From: a virus
Taxonomy: Duplodnaviria > Caudoviricetes
Length of the DNA stretch: 35,783 nt
Reading direction: 5' to 3' (one strand)
IMG/VR virus record: IMGVR_UViG_3300002986_000008
Location: 1-35,783 of that record
How positions within the stretch are numbered: the stretch's first letter is position 1; each line of letters starts with the position of its first letter. The notes under the pieces were generated by a model. It saw only the letters and a program-made list of their open reading frames with translations. It made no database searches and was not told where the DNA came from. Made by a program: the position numbers and the translations under genes. Positions 25,592 through 34,554 of this stretch are shown here, piece after piece.

Positions 25592-26518
25592 GTGAACATT
25601 AGAAATGTTTCTAGCCCTACGGTAACAGTAGATCTCAAGGATTCAATGGTAAAGTGTAGTTGTAATTCGTTTGCTATAGACGTAACCCTCCAACAAGCCA
25701 TAAAAAGTCAGCAAGTAACAGTTAAAAAAGTTGATTCAAGCGCAAACGCTGTAACAATTTACCCAGCAGCAGGGGAGACGTTCGATGGAGCCGCAAGTGC
25801 CACATTGACAAAAATAAATGATAAAAAAACATTCGCCCCTACAAATGGTGGATGGGTAATAATAGATGAAGTCGGTGTTCCCCTTAATGTGCTTACGGTA
25901 AATGGCGTAACTAAATTACGGAATCGTCCTACCACAGACGAGTATGCAGTTGAAATTAAATCTGAATTTACAGACACAGACGCAGCGCATTACTGCGTAC
26001 CAATAACCTGCGATTGGAAGCCTACCGGTGGCACAGCTACCGCAGGAGGCGTACAAGCGCTACAGGGTACGTCAAGGCTTGCATCAACATTTACCTTAAC
26101 AGGAGGGTCAATTATAGGGACATACGGTCAAGCTTGCAATCTTGGCACCTTAAACGGCGCGGGAATTATGATTGCCGGGCTGTACGGCCTCATTGAAGAT
26201 GGTGGAGTTTACACGGCAGTTTCGCATGTTGCGTCAGCGTGGCTTGATTCACATCTTGGCCAAGCTGTAACAGCCGGAGAAGCCGAGCTATTGTATATGA
26301 CAAATAACGGCGAAACCACACTTGACCAAGCAATATATGTTTACGCAGGGAACAAGATAACCAACTTATTCAACATAAATACAGCTTCGGGCATGGTGTC
26401 TGCAAATACGGAGGCAGCAACCACATTAACATTTACCAACTGGAAAACAATAAAAATAGTCATTGATGGCACAACGCATTATATTCCTGTGGCACAGACG
26501 ATAGCAGCGACCGCATAA
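25592..26518 (+). CDS. Virion fibre-like structural protein
   Basis: VKKVDSSANAVTI..AAGETFDG module seen in phage fibres; Gly/Ala/Thr-rich; C-terminal IKIVIDGTTHYIPV. Confidence 0.6.
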   Translation: MNIRNVSSPTVTVDLKDSMVKCSCNSFAIDVTLQQAIKSQQVTVKKVDSSANAVTIYPAAGETFDGAASATLTKINDKKTFAPTNGGWVIIDEVGVPLNVLTVNGVTKLRNRPTTDEYAVEIKSEFTDTDAAHYCVPITCDWKPTGGTATAGGVQALQGTSRLASTFTLTGGSIIGTYGQACNLGTLNGAGIMIAGLYGLIEDGGVYTAVSHVASAWLDSHLGQAVTAGEAELLYMTNNGETTLDQAIYVYAGNKITNLFNINTASGMVSANTEAATTLTFTNWKTIKIVIDGTTHYIPVAQTIAATA

Positions 26519-26527
26519 GGAGGATAC

Positions 26528-26668
26528 ATGGAAGAGTTATTGATCAAGATGGAAGAACACCTTGCTCAACTAAAAATAGGTTATGAGCGACAAAAAGCCA
26601 ACATACACGCGCAAGAAGGTGCAATCCAAGAGTGTGAAAATTGGATTAAGGAGATTAAGGAGGACTAA
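26528..26668 (+). CDS. 46-aa coiled-coil protein (possible fibre chaperone)
   Basis: RBS AAGGAGG; heptad pattern. Confidence 0.55.
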   Translation: MEELLIKMEEHLAQLKIGYERQKANIHAQEGAIQECENWIKEIKED

Positions 26669-26671
26669 TCA

Positions 26672-26827
26672 ATGATATTCTACAATGCTTTTGATCACGT
26701 CCATTACGGCACTAACGCCGAAAGACTTGCAGACACTTTGATTAAAGCGCAACCATCTGCTAAATTCTACGAATATGACACTAAGGCAATCTATATAACA
26801 GACGGTACAACATGGTACTTAATGTAG
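26672..26827 (+). CDS. 51-aa virion-associated protein
   Basis: RBS AAGGAGG; FYEYDTKAIYITDGTTW motif. Confidence 0.55.
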   Translation: MIFYNAFDHVHYGTNAERLADTLIKAQPSAKFYEYDTKAIYITDGTTWYLM

Positions 26828-26838
26828 GGGGGTGGAAC

Positions 26839-28023
26839 ATGAACGCTTTAGAAATATCAACTAGATCAAGACTTGAGTCGTATAAGGCTGAAAATGCGCT
26901 ACAGTTATCAGCTTTGGAAACCAACAAAACCCTATCGCCAAATCTATTTAATACGTCTACGATGACAGCAGGGTATTTCGCGGATCGCACTACAGGAAAT
27001 CTAGTCGCACACCCAGCGTTATCCGTATCAGATTATATACCAGTCATAGGTGATTCATATTACGATGTATCAGGGACGACTCAACAGTGTGCTTGGTACG
27101 ATACTGATAGAGTATTTATTAGTGGTGTGTTAACGGTAGGTGCTGGTATCTATGCACCTCCTACAGCCTCATTTTTGCGACAATCTATATTAAATACAGA
27201 TGCTAATATTCAAGTTAAGAAGACTAAACTATTAGGTGTGTTAACGGTAGCTAAGAGTGGGAGGGATTATACAACAATTACAGAGGCAATCAATAACGCC
27301 CAAGATAGTGTTGATAATCCTGTCACTATACTAATTTACCCAGGTGTTTACCTAGAACAAATTGATATAGTGTATGGTCGTTATATATCCTTAATTGGTG
27401 TAAATAAAGATACATGTATAATACGTAAAAATGTTGCTGTTCCTGCGAATGACCCATTAACTTTCGAGGGAATTGGGAGAGTAGAAAATTTAACAGTAAT
27501 TTGTACTAGAGATGATATGGTGGACCCTGGTGTTAATGATTTCAGTTACGCTATGCACTCTGACAGTTCAACGGGATTGGGTGGGCTTATTGAGGTACAC
27601 AACTGTGTATTAATGAGTGATTCAAACGCAGGATATGGTTTGGGGATGATGCCTAATCAGACTGTAAAGATAACAAACTGTGAGTTTGTTTCAACAAACA
27701 TAGCAACTGGTGCGATGGCTAATGGAAGCTTTATTGTACACTCATGCAATAAGAATAGTGATAATTTGAACCAACACTTATTTGTAAAAGATTGTTATTT
27801 CAGATCAGCGAATGGTAATGTAATGCAAATCGCAGATATTGGAACTGGAACTGTAGGGATGGATGTAACATTTTTAAATAATACTGGATGGTCGGATACA
27901 AGTGGTGCTGTTGACTCTACGATTAATTTTAACGGTGGTGTCCCAACAACAGGGAACCTAGTAGGGGCAATAAACTTAACTGGGTATAGTCATGGTAATA
28001 ATATAGCTAAATTAAATGCTTAA
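26839..28023 (+). CDS. Pectin-lyase-like beta-helix spike/depolymerase
   Basis: TVAKSGRDYTTITEAI...ILIYPGVYLE pectinesterase-like start followed by beta-helix repeats; visibly AT-richer than flanks. Confidence 0.7.
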   Translation: MNALEISTRSRLESYKAENALQLSALETNKTLSPNLFNTSTMTAGYFADRTTGNLVAHPALSVSDYIPVIGDSYYDVSGTTQQCAWYDTDRVFISGVLTVGAGIYAPPTASFLRQSILNTDANIQVKKTKLLGVLTVAKSGRDYTTITEAINNAQDSVDNPVTILIYPGVYLEQIDIVYGRYISLIGVNKDTCIIRKNVAVPANDPLTFEGIGRVENLTVICTRDDMVDPGVNDFSYAMHSDSSTGLGGLIEVHNCVLMSDSNAGYGLGMMPNQTVKITNCEFVSTNIATGAMANGSFIVHSCNKNSDNLNQHLFVKDCYFRSANGNVMQIADIGTGTVGMDVTFLNNTGWSDTSGAVDSTINFNGGVPTTGNLVGAINLTGYSHGNNIAKLNA

Positions 28024-28024
28024 T

Positions 28025-28228
28025 TTAGTGAGTAGTTGACGCAGGAGAGGTGAACAAGATGTTATTTACTGAAAATGAAAAATTAATTATGAAAGTGCAA
28101 ATTTGTAATCATCATTCATTTTGGAAAGGTAAGAGTATTAAAGAAATTGATTTCCTTGATACTGTCGAGGACTATATCTTAAAACAAATATTCCTAGATT
28201 CATTAATTTCTTAGTTCGTAGTTGACGC
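28025..28228 (+). repeat. Direct repeat TTAGTnnGTAGTTGACGC
   Basis: 28025-28042 and 28211-28228, 16/18 identical, each at the end of a gene. Confidence 0.75.
28059..28214 (+). CDS. 51-aa AT-rich ORF between the repeats
   Basis: RBS GAGGTGA; stop TAG lies within second repeat. Confidence 0.55.
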   Translation: MLFTENEKLIMKVQICNHHSFWKGKSIKEIDFLDTVEDYILKQIFLDSLIS

Positions 28229-28259
28229 GTTATCCGACAAACCTAAGAAAGGAGATACT

Positions 28260-29201
28260 ATGGAAACAGTAAGATCCCTATTCCTCAAAGCTCGCGTCCT
28301 GCTCGATGAATACACTGACGATGGGGTATTAATCCCCGAAGCAGAAGTGGCAGACATGATGGCTAAATCAATCCTCTTAGCAGACCTTGCCCAAAAAGAG
28401 CTACACAAGATCGGCAAGCTCTACAACACCTTTGAGTTCACCAACAAGCCAGCGCCAAACCTTCTCGGACTCTTCTCCAACTTTGATATAATAGACTTCA
28501 TCGGGGATGCGCAGTATTATCCCAACTCAACAGGGATAGCAGGAGCAAAAGCCTATTATTTCGAAGCAGATGGAGAAGGAACAGTCACAGTCGAAGAGAA
28601 TCAAAGCGGAGTATGGACAGCACTTGCCACTATCACAATACCTAGTGCTGTAACGTCACTGACGGCCTACAAGGGGCTAATAACCCCTCTATCTAGCGCT
28701 AATAACATAAGACTCACATTCGATGGTAGCACGCACTACAGGCACTCTAACAGGTGTCTTTTTTCATACCCATTCGCAGGTACCAAAGTGCCCTCATATC
28801 GCCCATGGATAAAAGTTGTCATGCCAGCAAACTTCCAAAGCCGTGACCAGATCATTGAGGAAACAGCAACGAGACAGTATCAAAATTCCCTCTCATACAA
28901 ATGGGAGGGCTGGAAAGACCTCTATATCAACTACTATTTCGAGGGAAATATCAGAGTAGTCTATAAGCCTGTTCCGACTCCATTAACACTCATTGATGAT
29001 GTGTTAGAGATTGATGATATTACAGCGCAGGGCATTGTTTATTACATCGCAGCACGCCTCGCCCCCTTCGAAAATAAAGAGCTAGTCAACTTCTTTGAAG
29101 GGAAGTTTGGTGAACTGAAGATGGAGAACACAAGATCACAACCATGCACAGAAGAGCAAATTATTGATGTCTATAGCGGAGTATGGGGTGGTGATAGCTA
29201 A
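28260..29201 (+). CDS. Head-tail adaptor (tail tubular A-like)
   Basis: Position before nozzle gene; C-terminal IVYYIAARL helix. Confidence 0.6.
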   Translation: METVRSLFLKARVLLDEYTDDGVLIPEAEVADMMAKSILLADLAQKELHKIGKLYNTFEFTNKPAPNLLGLFSNFDIIDFIGDAQYYPNSTGIAGAKAYYFEADGEGTVTVEENQSGVWTALATITIPSAVTSLTAYKGLITPLSSANNIRLTFDGSTHYRHSNRCLFSYPFAGTKVPSYRPWIKVVMPANFQSRDQIIEETATRQYQNSLSYKWEGWKDLYINYYFEGNIRVVYKPVPTPLTLIDDVLEIDDITAQGIVYYIAARLAPFENKELVNFFEGKFGELKMENTRSQPCTEEQIIDVYSGVWGGDS

Positions 29202-31846
29202 TGGCGAACTTCAAGCCAAGCAAAGCTCCTGAACCCATAGAAATATCTCGCTACTTGGGCATCAATGAGGCAGTCGGAGAAACAGAGATCGAAATCGGTC
29301 AAGCGACCAAGCAAATTAACTGGCGTATAACTCAAAACTACAAGCCACAAAAGCGCACAGGGCATAAAACATGGTGGGACTTCGGCAACACAAAGAATGT
29401 ACAAGGCGTATGGGAAGGCACAGTAGGAGCTAAGCACGTTCTAATCGCCATCAATGATGGAAAGGTATATGAGCGTGATTTAAGCGTCTCCACAGCAGCC
29501 ACAACAACTGCAGACCTCATCACAGCAACAGCAGTAACGCAGGTCGGCACGATGACGGATGCAAAAACAACCATCTTCTACTTTGAGTCAAATCTCTACT
29601 TCTTAAATGGGACCGAGTATAAGCAATACGATGGAACGACATTCGCTGACGCTGATCCCTATGTCCCTACAGTAGCAATCGGCACACCTCCTGCCGGAGG
29701 GGGCACGCCGTTCGAACCAATCAACCTTCTAACGGGGAAGAAGAAGCAAGAGTTTTTCGCTGATGGGGTCCTAACAAGGCATTTTATAGCAGAACGAAAA
29801 GTTGATTCAATAGATCATATTGAGATTGATTTAGGTAAACTGTTGGGCGATTCCACGACCCAATACAGTATTACTAACCCATCAGGGAAGACCTTTCGCT
29901 ACACGTGGGACACAGTAGGAACCGACCCGCTTATTGATACGCTCGTAGTCGCCAATTGCAATGTTTATATTAACGCTCAAAATTTCAACCTTGACAATAA
30001 TGGTGTATTCAGAGTCACGGCGAAAGGAGTAAATTACTTTGAGGTTTATAACCTTAAAGGAGTAGTTGAGCCCACCAAAACCATAGGAACAGGTTCGATT
30101 GGGGCAACTTCGATGTATCAGCCGAGTGTGAATTTTGCAGCCGACACGGTAGAAGGGGTCGTTGACACGTTCCCCATCGGCACCCCCTTGGGCGATTCGA
30201 CAACTCAGTACAATATCACGAATCCAACCGGAACAACTTTCCGCTATACATGGACTACAGTAGGTACGGACCCACTTATTAATACTACCCTAGCGGTCAA
30301 TGATTGCATTCAGATCCTTGCTGAAAATTTTAACTCTTTCAATAATGGCATATTCAAGGTAACGGCAAAAGGTGTTAATTACTTTGAGATCGTTAACGCG
30401 TTAGGAGTCAAGGAAACCGCAAAGACCATAGGCGCGGGCTTAATACGCACTACTTTAGGGGATGAAACAACCGGCTTTAGTATTACTAACACATCGGGTG
30501 ACACATATCGCTATACGTATGACTTAGGCACAGCCCCATTGATGGGGACTAAATTGGTAGTCAATGATTGGTTATGGATTAATGCTCAAAACTTCAACGC
30601 CAATAATAATGGAAAGTTCAAAGTAACAGCGAAGGCTGTAGATTACTTTGAGATAACGAACGTAAATGGAATAGTAGAAGCAACTAAAACCTTGGGATTG
30701 GGATTCCTTAATAAAGCATCTACAACAGGCGAACCACTTGGGGTAGTAGCCGATGAAACGACGTCTATTGTCCAATGGACCAAAATAGAAGCCGGAAATG
30801 CTGATTTAGTCAAAAAAAACAAATATGCAACGATCAACGGTCCTGGCAATGACACGGCTGTTTTTTTATGGGGAAATCCAAGCGCAAAGAATAGGCGTAG
30901 TTGGTCAGGAACGCTCAAGGCGAACTATTTCCCTGTTATTAACTATACTTTGATAGGGTCGAACGAATACGACATTACTGATATAAAACCTCAGTACGAC
31001 AGGCAAATCATCTTCAAAAAGGGTGGAAAAACTCATTTCTCATATCCTGAGTGGAATACAACAGCTATGGCGTGGGATTATCCAGTCTACGACCTAAACG
31101 ATAAGATAGGAAATGATGCCTTCGGACAGGTTCAAATCGTCAAGAATAATCCTGTGTCGCTTCATGGTCAATCGTGGCATGAGTGGACCTCTACGACTGT
31201 CAAGGATGAGCGCAATGAGAATGTTATTAGCGAACGCTTGAGAATTTCCCTAGCTGAACTAGACATCTCGACAGCAATAACCTTCGACAATCAACGAGAG
31301 AAAGAATACTGGTGCAATGTCGGATCAAATGTCTATATTTGGAATTATGGCAACGACACCATGTACACCTACGACAACATTTCTGGCACCTGCTTCCTTG
31401 ATATTGGTGGTCTAATTTACTATGGCTCACAGGGCACCATGGAGCGCGTAGAAGGACTAAATGATAATGGTGTAGCAATAGCGGCAAATCTTGAATTAGG
31501 CTTTACTGACTTTGGTGTAAATCATCTACTAAAGAACACAAGGAAAATATGGGTGACTATTCAGCCAGAGAACAAAACTTCCTTAGATGTTCTGTATACC
31601 ACGAATAAGAACTTCCTTAGTGATGTGCAGACGATAAGCGTAGGGTTCACCTTGTTAGACTTCGACGCGCTTGATTTCGATAACTTCTCCTTCGAGACAA
31701 ACCGCGCACCACAATCATTCCGCAAAAAAATTAGAGCAAAGAAATATTCTTACATCAAGTTTAGCTATAGAAATGACAAGGTTGATGAATCAGTCATCAT
31801 CTTGGCGATTAAGTTAACGGCAGACACGACTTCGGAGGTGAAATAG
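29201..31846 (+). CDS. Tail nozzle/stabilisation protein (P22 gp10-like) with three inserted ~85-aa repeats
   Basis: FEPINLLT, beta-propeller-like segments, DFG....KNTRKIWV C-terminus; repeats begin 29843, 30188, 30455. Confidence 0.7.
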   Translation: MANFKPSKAPEPIEISRYLGINEAVGETEIEIGQATKQINWRITQNYKPQKRTGHKTWWDFGNTKNVQGVWEGTVGAKHVLIAINDGKVYERDLSVSTAATTTADLITATAVTQVGTMTDAKTTIFYFESNLYFLNGTEYKQYDGTTFADADPYVPTVAIGTPPAGGGTPFEPINLLTGKKKQEFFADGVLTRHFIAERKVDSIDHIEIDLGKLLGDSTTQYSITNPSGKTFRYTWDTVGTDPLIDTLVVANCNVYINAQNFNLDNNGVFRVTAKGVNYFEVYNLKGVVEPTKTIGTGSIGATSMYQPSVNFAADTVEGVVDTFPIGTPLGDSTTQYNITNPTGTTFRYTWTTVGTDPLINTTLAVNDCIQILAENFNSFNNGIFKVTAKGVNYFEIVNALGVKETAKTIGAGLIRTTLGDETTGFSITNTSGDTYRYTYDLGTAPLMGTKLVVNDWLWINAQNFNANNNGKFKVTAKAVDYFEITNVNGIVEATKTLGLGFLNKASTTGEPLGVVADETTSIVQWTKIEAGNADLVKKNKYATINGPGNDTAVFLWGNPSAKNRRSWSGTLKANYFPVINYTLIGSNEYDITDIKPQYDRQIIFKKGGKTHFSYPEWNTTAMAWDYPVYDLNDKIGNDAFGQVQIVKNNPVSLHGQSWHEWTSTTVKDERNENVISERLRISLAELDISTAITFDNQREKEYWCNVGSNVYIWNYGNDTMYTYDNISGTCFLDIGGLIYYGSQGTMERVEGLNDNGVAIAANLELGFTDFGVNHLLKNTRKIWVTIQPENKTSLDVLYTTNKNFLSDVQTISVGFTLLDFDALDFDNFSFETNRAPQSFRKKIRAKKYSYIKFSYRNDKVDESVIILAIKLTADTTSEVK

Positions 31847-32689
31847 ATGTCATTTACTCAATTTACAACAAGCACAGCAAACGTCCAAGGATTGGCCACT
31901 AAGCCGACAGAATCCGGCACTCAAGTTAAGGTGATCATGGACAAGGGATCGACAGATATAAAAGCATATCTGAATAGCACATTAATAGCAGAAATGGAAG
32001 CAATAGCGGATGGAACAAGCGGAGCGGATAGCATTGGAGCGACAGCAATTAGTACGAGCCCTGAAAGCGTACAGGGTATCCTAGAATGGCTATTCACTCA
32101 GATTATTGCCGTATCGTTATCTGAAATAGTCGATGGGTCGATAACTGATGCCAAATTATCATCTTTGGCCGGTGATCTCTTGGCGAGATATGCGGCGCAT
32201 ATAATATTAGCTTCGTCTGAAACGGTTAAGGCGCACGTTGAACTAGCGACAGCAGCAGAGACAACGACAGGAACGAGTAGTTTGTTGGCAGTACATCCAG
32301 CGGGGTTGAAGGTTGAGACTGATAAGCTGATACCGCTGACTCAGAGAGCGGCGACTAACGGTGTTGCCACATTAGATAGCGCTGGTAATCTTGCTCAAAT
32401 GCCATATGTAATAGGAACCTATACGGGAAATGATGCAACATCAAGGCTTATAGTCCTTGGATTTCAGCCCTCAGCGGTCTTAGTCACAGATGCAACTGGA
32501 AGGACTACCGCCGCTACTCAAACATTCGGAGGATTAGCACTACCTTCATATCCGTCAAAGAATAGTGCTGGTGCAGCGGCTGTCACGGTAGAGACAACAG
32601 GATTTACCGTCTATGATAATAACACGACGCTTTTTACCAACACTAGTGTCACAGACCTCAACCCATATAGGTATATAGCATTCAAATAA
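31847..32689 (+). CDS. Tail fibre-like protein
   Basis: DGSITDAKL, VELATAAETTTGT...AVHP, NGVATLD, GTYTGND...LGFQPSAV motifs. Confidence 0.7.
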   Translation: MSFTQFTTSTANVQGLATKPTESGTQVKVIMDKGSTDIKAYLNSTLIAEMEAIADGTSGADSIGATAISTSPESVQGILEWLFTQIIAVSLSEIVDGSITDAKLSSLAGDLLARYAAHIILASSETVKAHVELATAAETTTGTSSLLAVHPAGLKVETDKLIPLTQRAATNGVATLDSAGNLAQMPYVIGTYTGNDATSRLIVLGFQPSAVLVTDATGRTTAATQTFGGLALPSYPSKNSAGAAAVTVETTGFTVYDNNTTLFTNTSVTDLNPYRYIAFK

Positions 32690-32695
32690 AAAGGG

Positions 32696-32995
32696 GTGGA
32701 TGATACATTGATTGTGCGTGAAAATAAACGATACGAGACACTAGGCCTATACCCTGACAGTGATTGGTACACTGAGGGAAACTACGTTGTCAATGAAACT
32801 ACCGAAAATGGGAAACTGATAGCCTCTAAAATAATTGAACATTGTCCTTATTTTGATTTTGTGTTAGATGGAAATGGAAACCTGATCGACATTGCACCAA
32901 CAGAAAGATCACCCGAACCACCTTCTGAACCAACCCAAGACGATTATATGCTCGACTTAGATTTCCGACTCTCAATGATTGAATTAGGAATATAG
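32696..32995 (+). CDS. Tail fibre assembly-like protein
   Basis: C-terminal EPTQDDYMLDLDFRLSMIELGI typical of genes preceding XkdX-like proteins. Confidence 0.6.
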   Translation: MDDTLIVRENKRYETLGLYPDSDWYTEGNYVVNETTENGKLIASKIIEHCPYFDFVLDGNGNLIDIAPTERSPEPPSEPTQDDYMLDLDFRLSMIELGI

Positions 32996-33007
32996 GAGGA
33001 ATACAAG

Positions 33008-33154
33008 ATGACGTATATTTATTGTAAAAAAGTAATTTTAAATGGGGCTTATGGCACAAAAGAGGAAATGATGATCAAGCTTGACGTATTCCTACTTAAC
33101 AATAGAATCACACAGGACCAGTACAACGAGTTAGTCGCATTACTTCCTGTATAA
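33008..33154 (+). CDS. XkdX-like 48-aa protein
   Basis: KLDVFLLNNRITQDQYNELVAL; RBS AGGAGG. Confidence 0.65.
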   Translation: MTYIYCKKVILNGAYGTKEEMMIKLDVFLLNNRITQDQYNELVALLPV

Positions 33155-33174
33155 CAGAATAACAACAACACAAC

Positions 33175-33200
33175 AAGAGGGGATAAAACCCCTCTTTCCT
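33175..33200 (+). terminator. Hairpin/possible terminator
   Basis: AAGAGGGG-ATAAAA-CCCCTCTT. Confidence 0.5.
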
Positions 33201-33219
33201 TACGAAAGGAGCTGATTCA

Positions 33220-34542
33220 ATGGCAGCCTATAATGAAAATCCCGCAGGGGATGCAAACGCCAATTCAGAAAAATTACTCAGGGCAAGAGGCATGACCTCT
33301 ACAGGGGTATCGACAAGTCCTGACAATATGATGAATTATGCCACTGGTGGAATGTATGCATTACCGAAATCGAGCGGAAGCTCGAGGGTCTCTAGCGCAA
33401 AATCTTTAGGCAGTGCATCTTCATCCCAATACACAGACCAGCTAACAGCACTTAAAAATGCACAAATGACAAGAGATATGGCAGGACTCGACAAGCAAAA
33501 GAACGCTTCTCTTTCTAACCTCTCAGCAGAAAAAGCAACGATAGAACCTGCATACCAAAAAGAGAAGATGCAAGCAGGGGTAACGGCAAAGCAAACTGAG
33601 CGAAGTTTTAGCGAATATATGGCGCAGCGTGGTGGCGGGGCGGGGGCGAGTGGGATCGGCGGGCAGGGTGAGTTGCTGAATAATGTTGCTTATCAGAGAC
33701 AATATGGCGAGTTGGGGCAAGCCGAGGCGAGTGCAATCTCTGATAACGCGCGAAGGGTAACGGACACGAATAATGCGTATGAGAGTGATAAGGTCGGAGC
33801 GGAAGCTGGCATTCAGGCTCAGTATTTGCAAGCATATATAAACCAGCTCAACGCTGACCGTAGCTTTAATCAGAGCACTGATCAGTTTAACAAAAACTTT
33901 GGTCTATCGGAAGCTGGACTCTCCGGAAATTACAATGGCGCGAGAACTATGGCTGGCCAAACGTCTGACGCTAACATAGCACAATCCACAGCAAGCACAG
34001 CACTTTCCAATGCTCAACTTAAAGAAATGACAGATCCGAACAGCACAACGAACCAAATGTCTAAGATTGGGTTAGATACGGCGAGGTTAAATTATAGCGC
34101 CTTGCCTGATCAATTAAAGGCACAAGCACAACAGATCGCACAGAGTTTGCAATCGGGAGCAATTAGCATTCAGACCGCGCAGCTACAATTGGATTATCTG
34201 CCAAAACAGTTAGAATTGAGTTATGCCCAGGCTACGCAATCCTTGGCATCTTCGCAAGCTAGCGCGGCCAGGGCAGCAAGTGGCGGGACATCTAGGTCTA
34301 GTGGAAGCAGTGGTGGAAGTAGTGGTTCTAAGGCGATAACGCAATCATCAAATCAAGGAAGAACAAATACAGATGATGCGCTTTTGGAAATAGATAATCA
34401 ATTACAATCAGGCACAAGCCCGGGAAATGTGGCATATAGCATAGAGCAACAGCGAGAAGCACTCACAAAACAAGGAGTCAATGTTAATACGCTGATTAAG
34501 CATGTTTGGGCCGGGCTTGAGACAACTCCTGGCGAATTGTAA
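33220..34542 (+). CDS. Internal virion/DNA ejection protein
   Basis: Ala/Gln/Ser-rich helical 440 aa at the podovirus ejection-gene position. Confidence 0.6.
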   Translation: MAAYNENPAGDANANSEKLLRARGMTSTGVSTSPDNMMNYATGGMYALPKSSGSSRVSSAKSLGSASSSQYTDQLTALKNAQMTRDMAGLDKQKNASLSNLSAEKATIEPAYQKEKMQAGVTAKQTERSFSEYMAQRGGGAGASGIGGQGELLNNVAYQRQYGELGQAEASAISDNARRVTDTNNAYESDKVGAEAGIQAQYLQAYINQLNADRSFNQSTDQFNKNFGLSEAGLSGNYNGARTMAGQTSDANIAQSTASTALSNAQLKEMTDPNSTTNQMSKIGLDTARLNYSALPDQLKAQAQQIAQSLQSGAISIQTAQLQLDYLPKQLELSYAQATQSLASSQASAARAASGGTSRSSGSSGGSSGSKAITQSSNQGRTNTDDALLEIDNQLQSGTSPGNVAYSIEQQREALTKQGVNVNTLIKHVWAGLETTPGEL

Positions 34543-34554
34543 GGAGTGGTGTAA

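Noticed and set aside
29843-30710. Repeats as template/variable region of a diversity-generating retroelement
   Set aside because: No reverse transcriptase in the window; differences are not adenine-specific and all copies are in-frame coding
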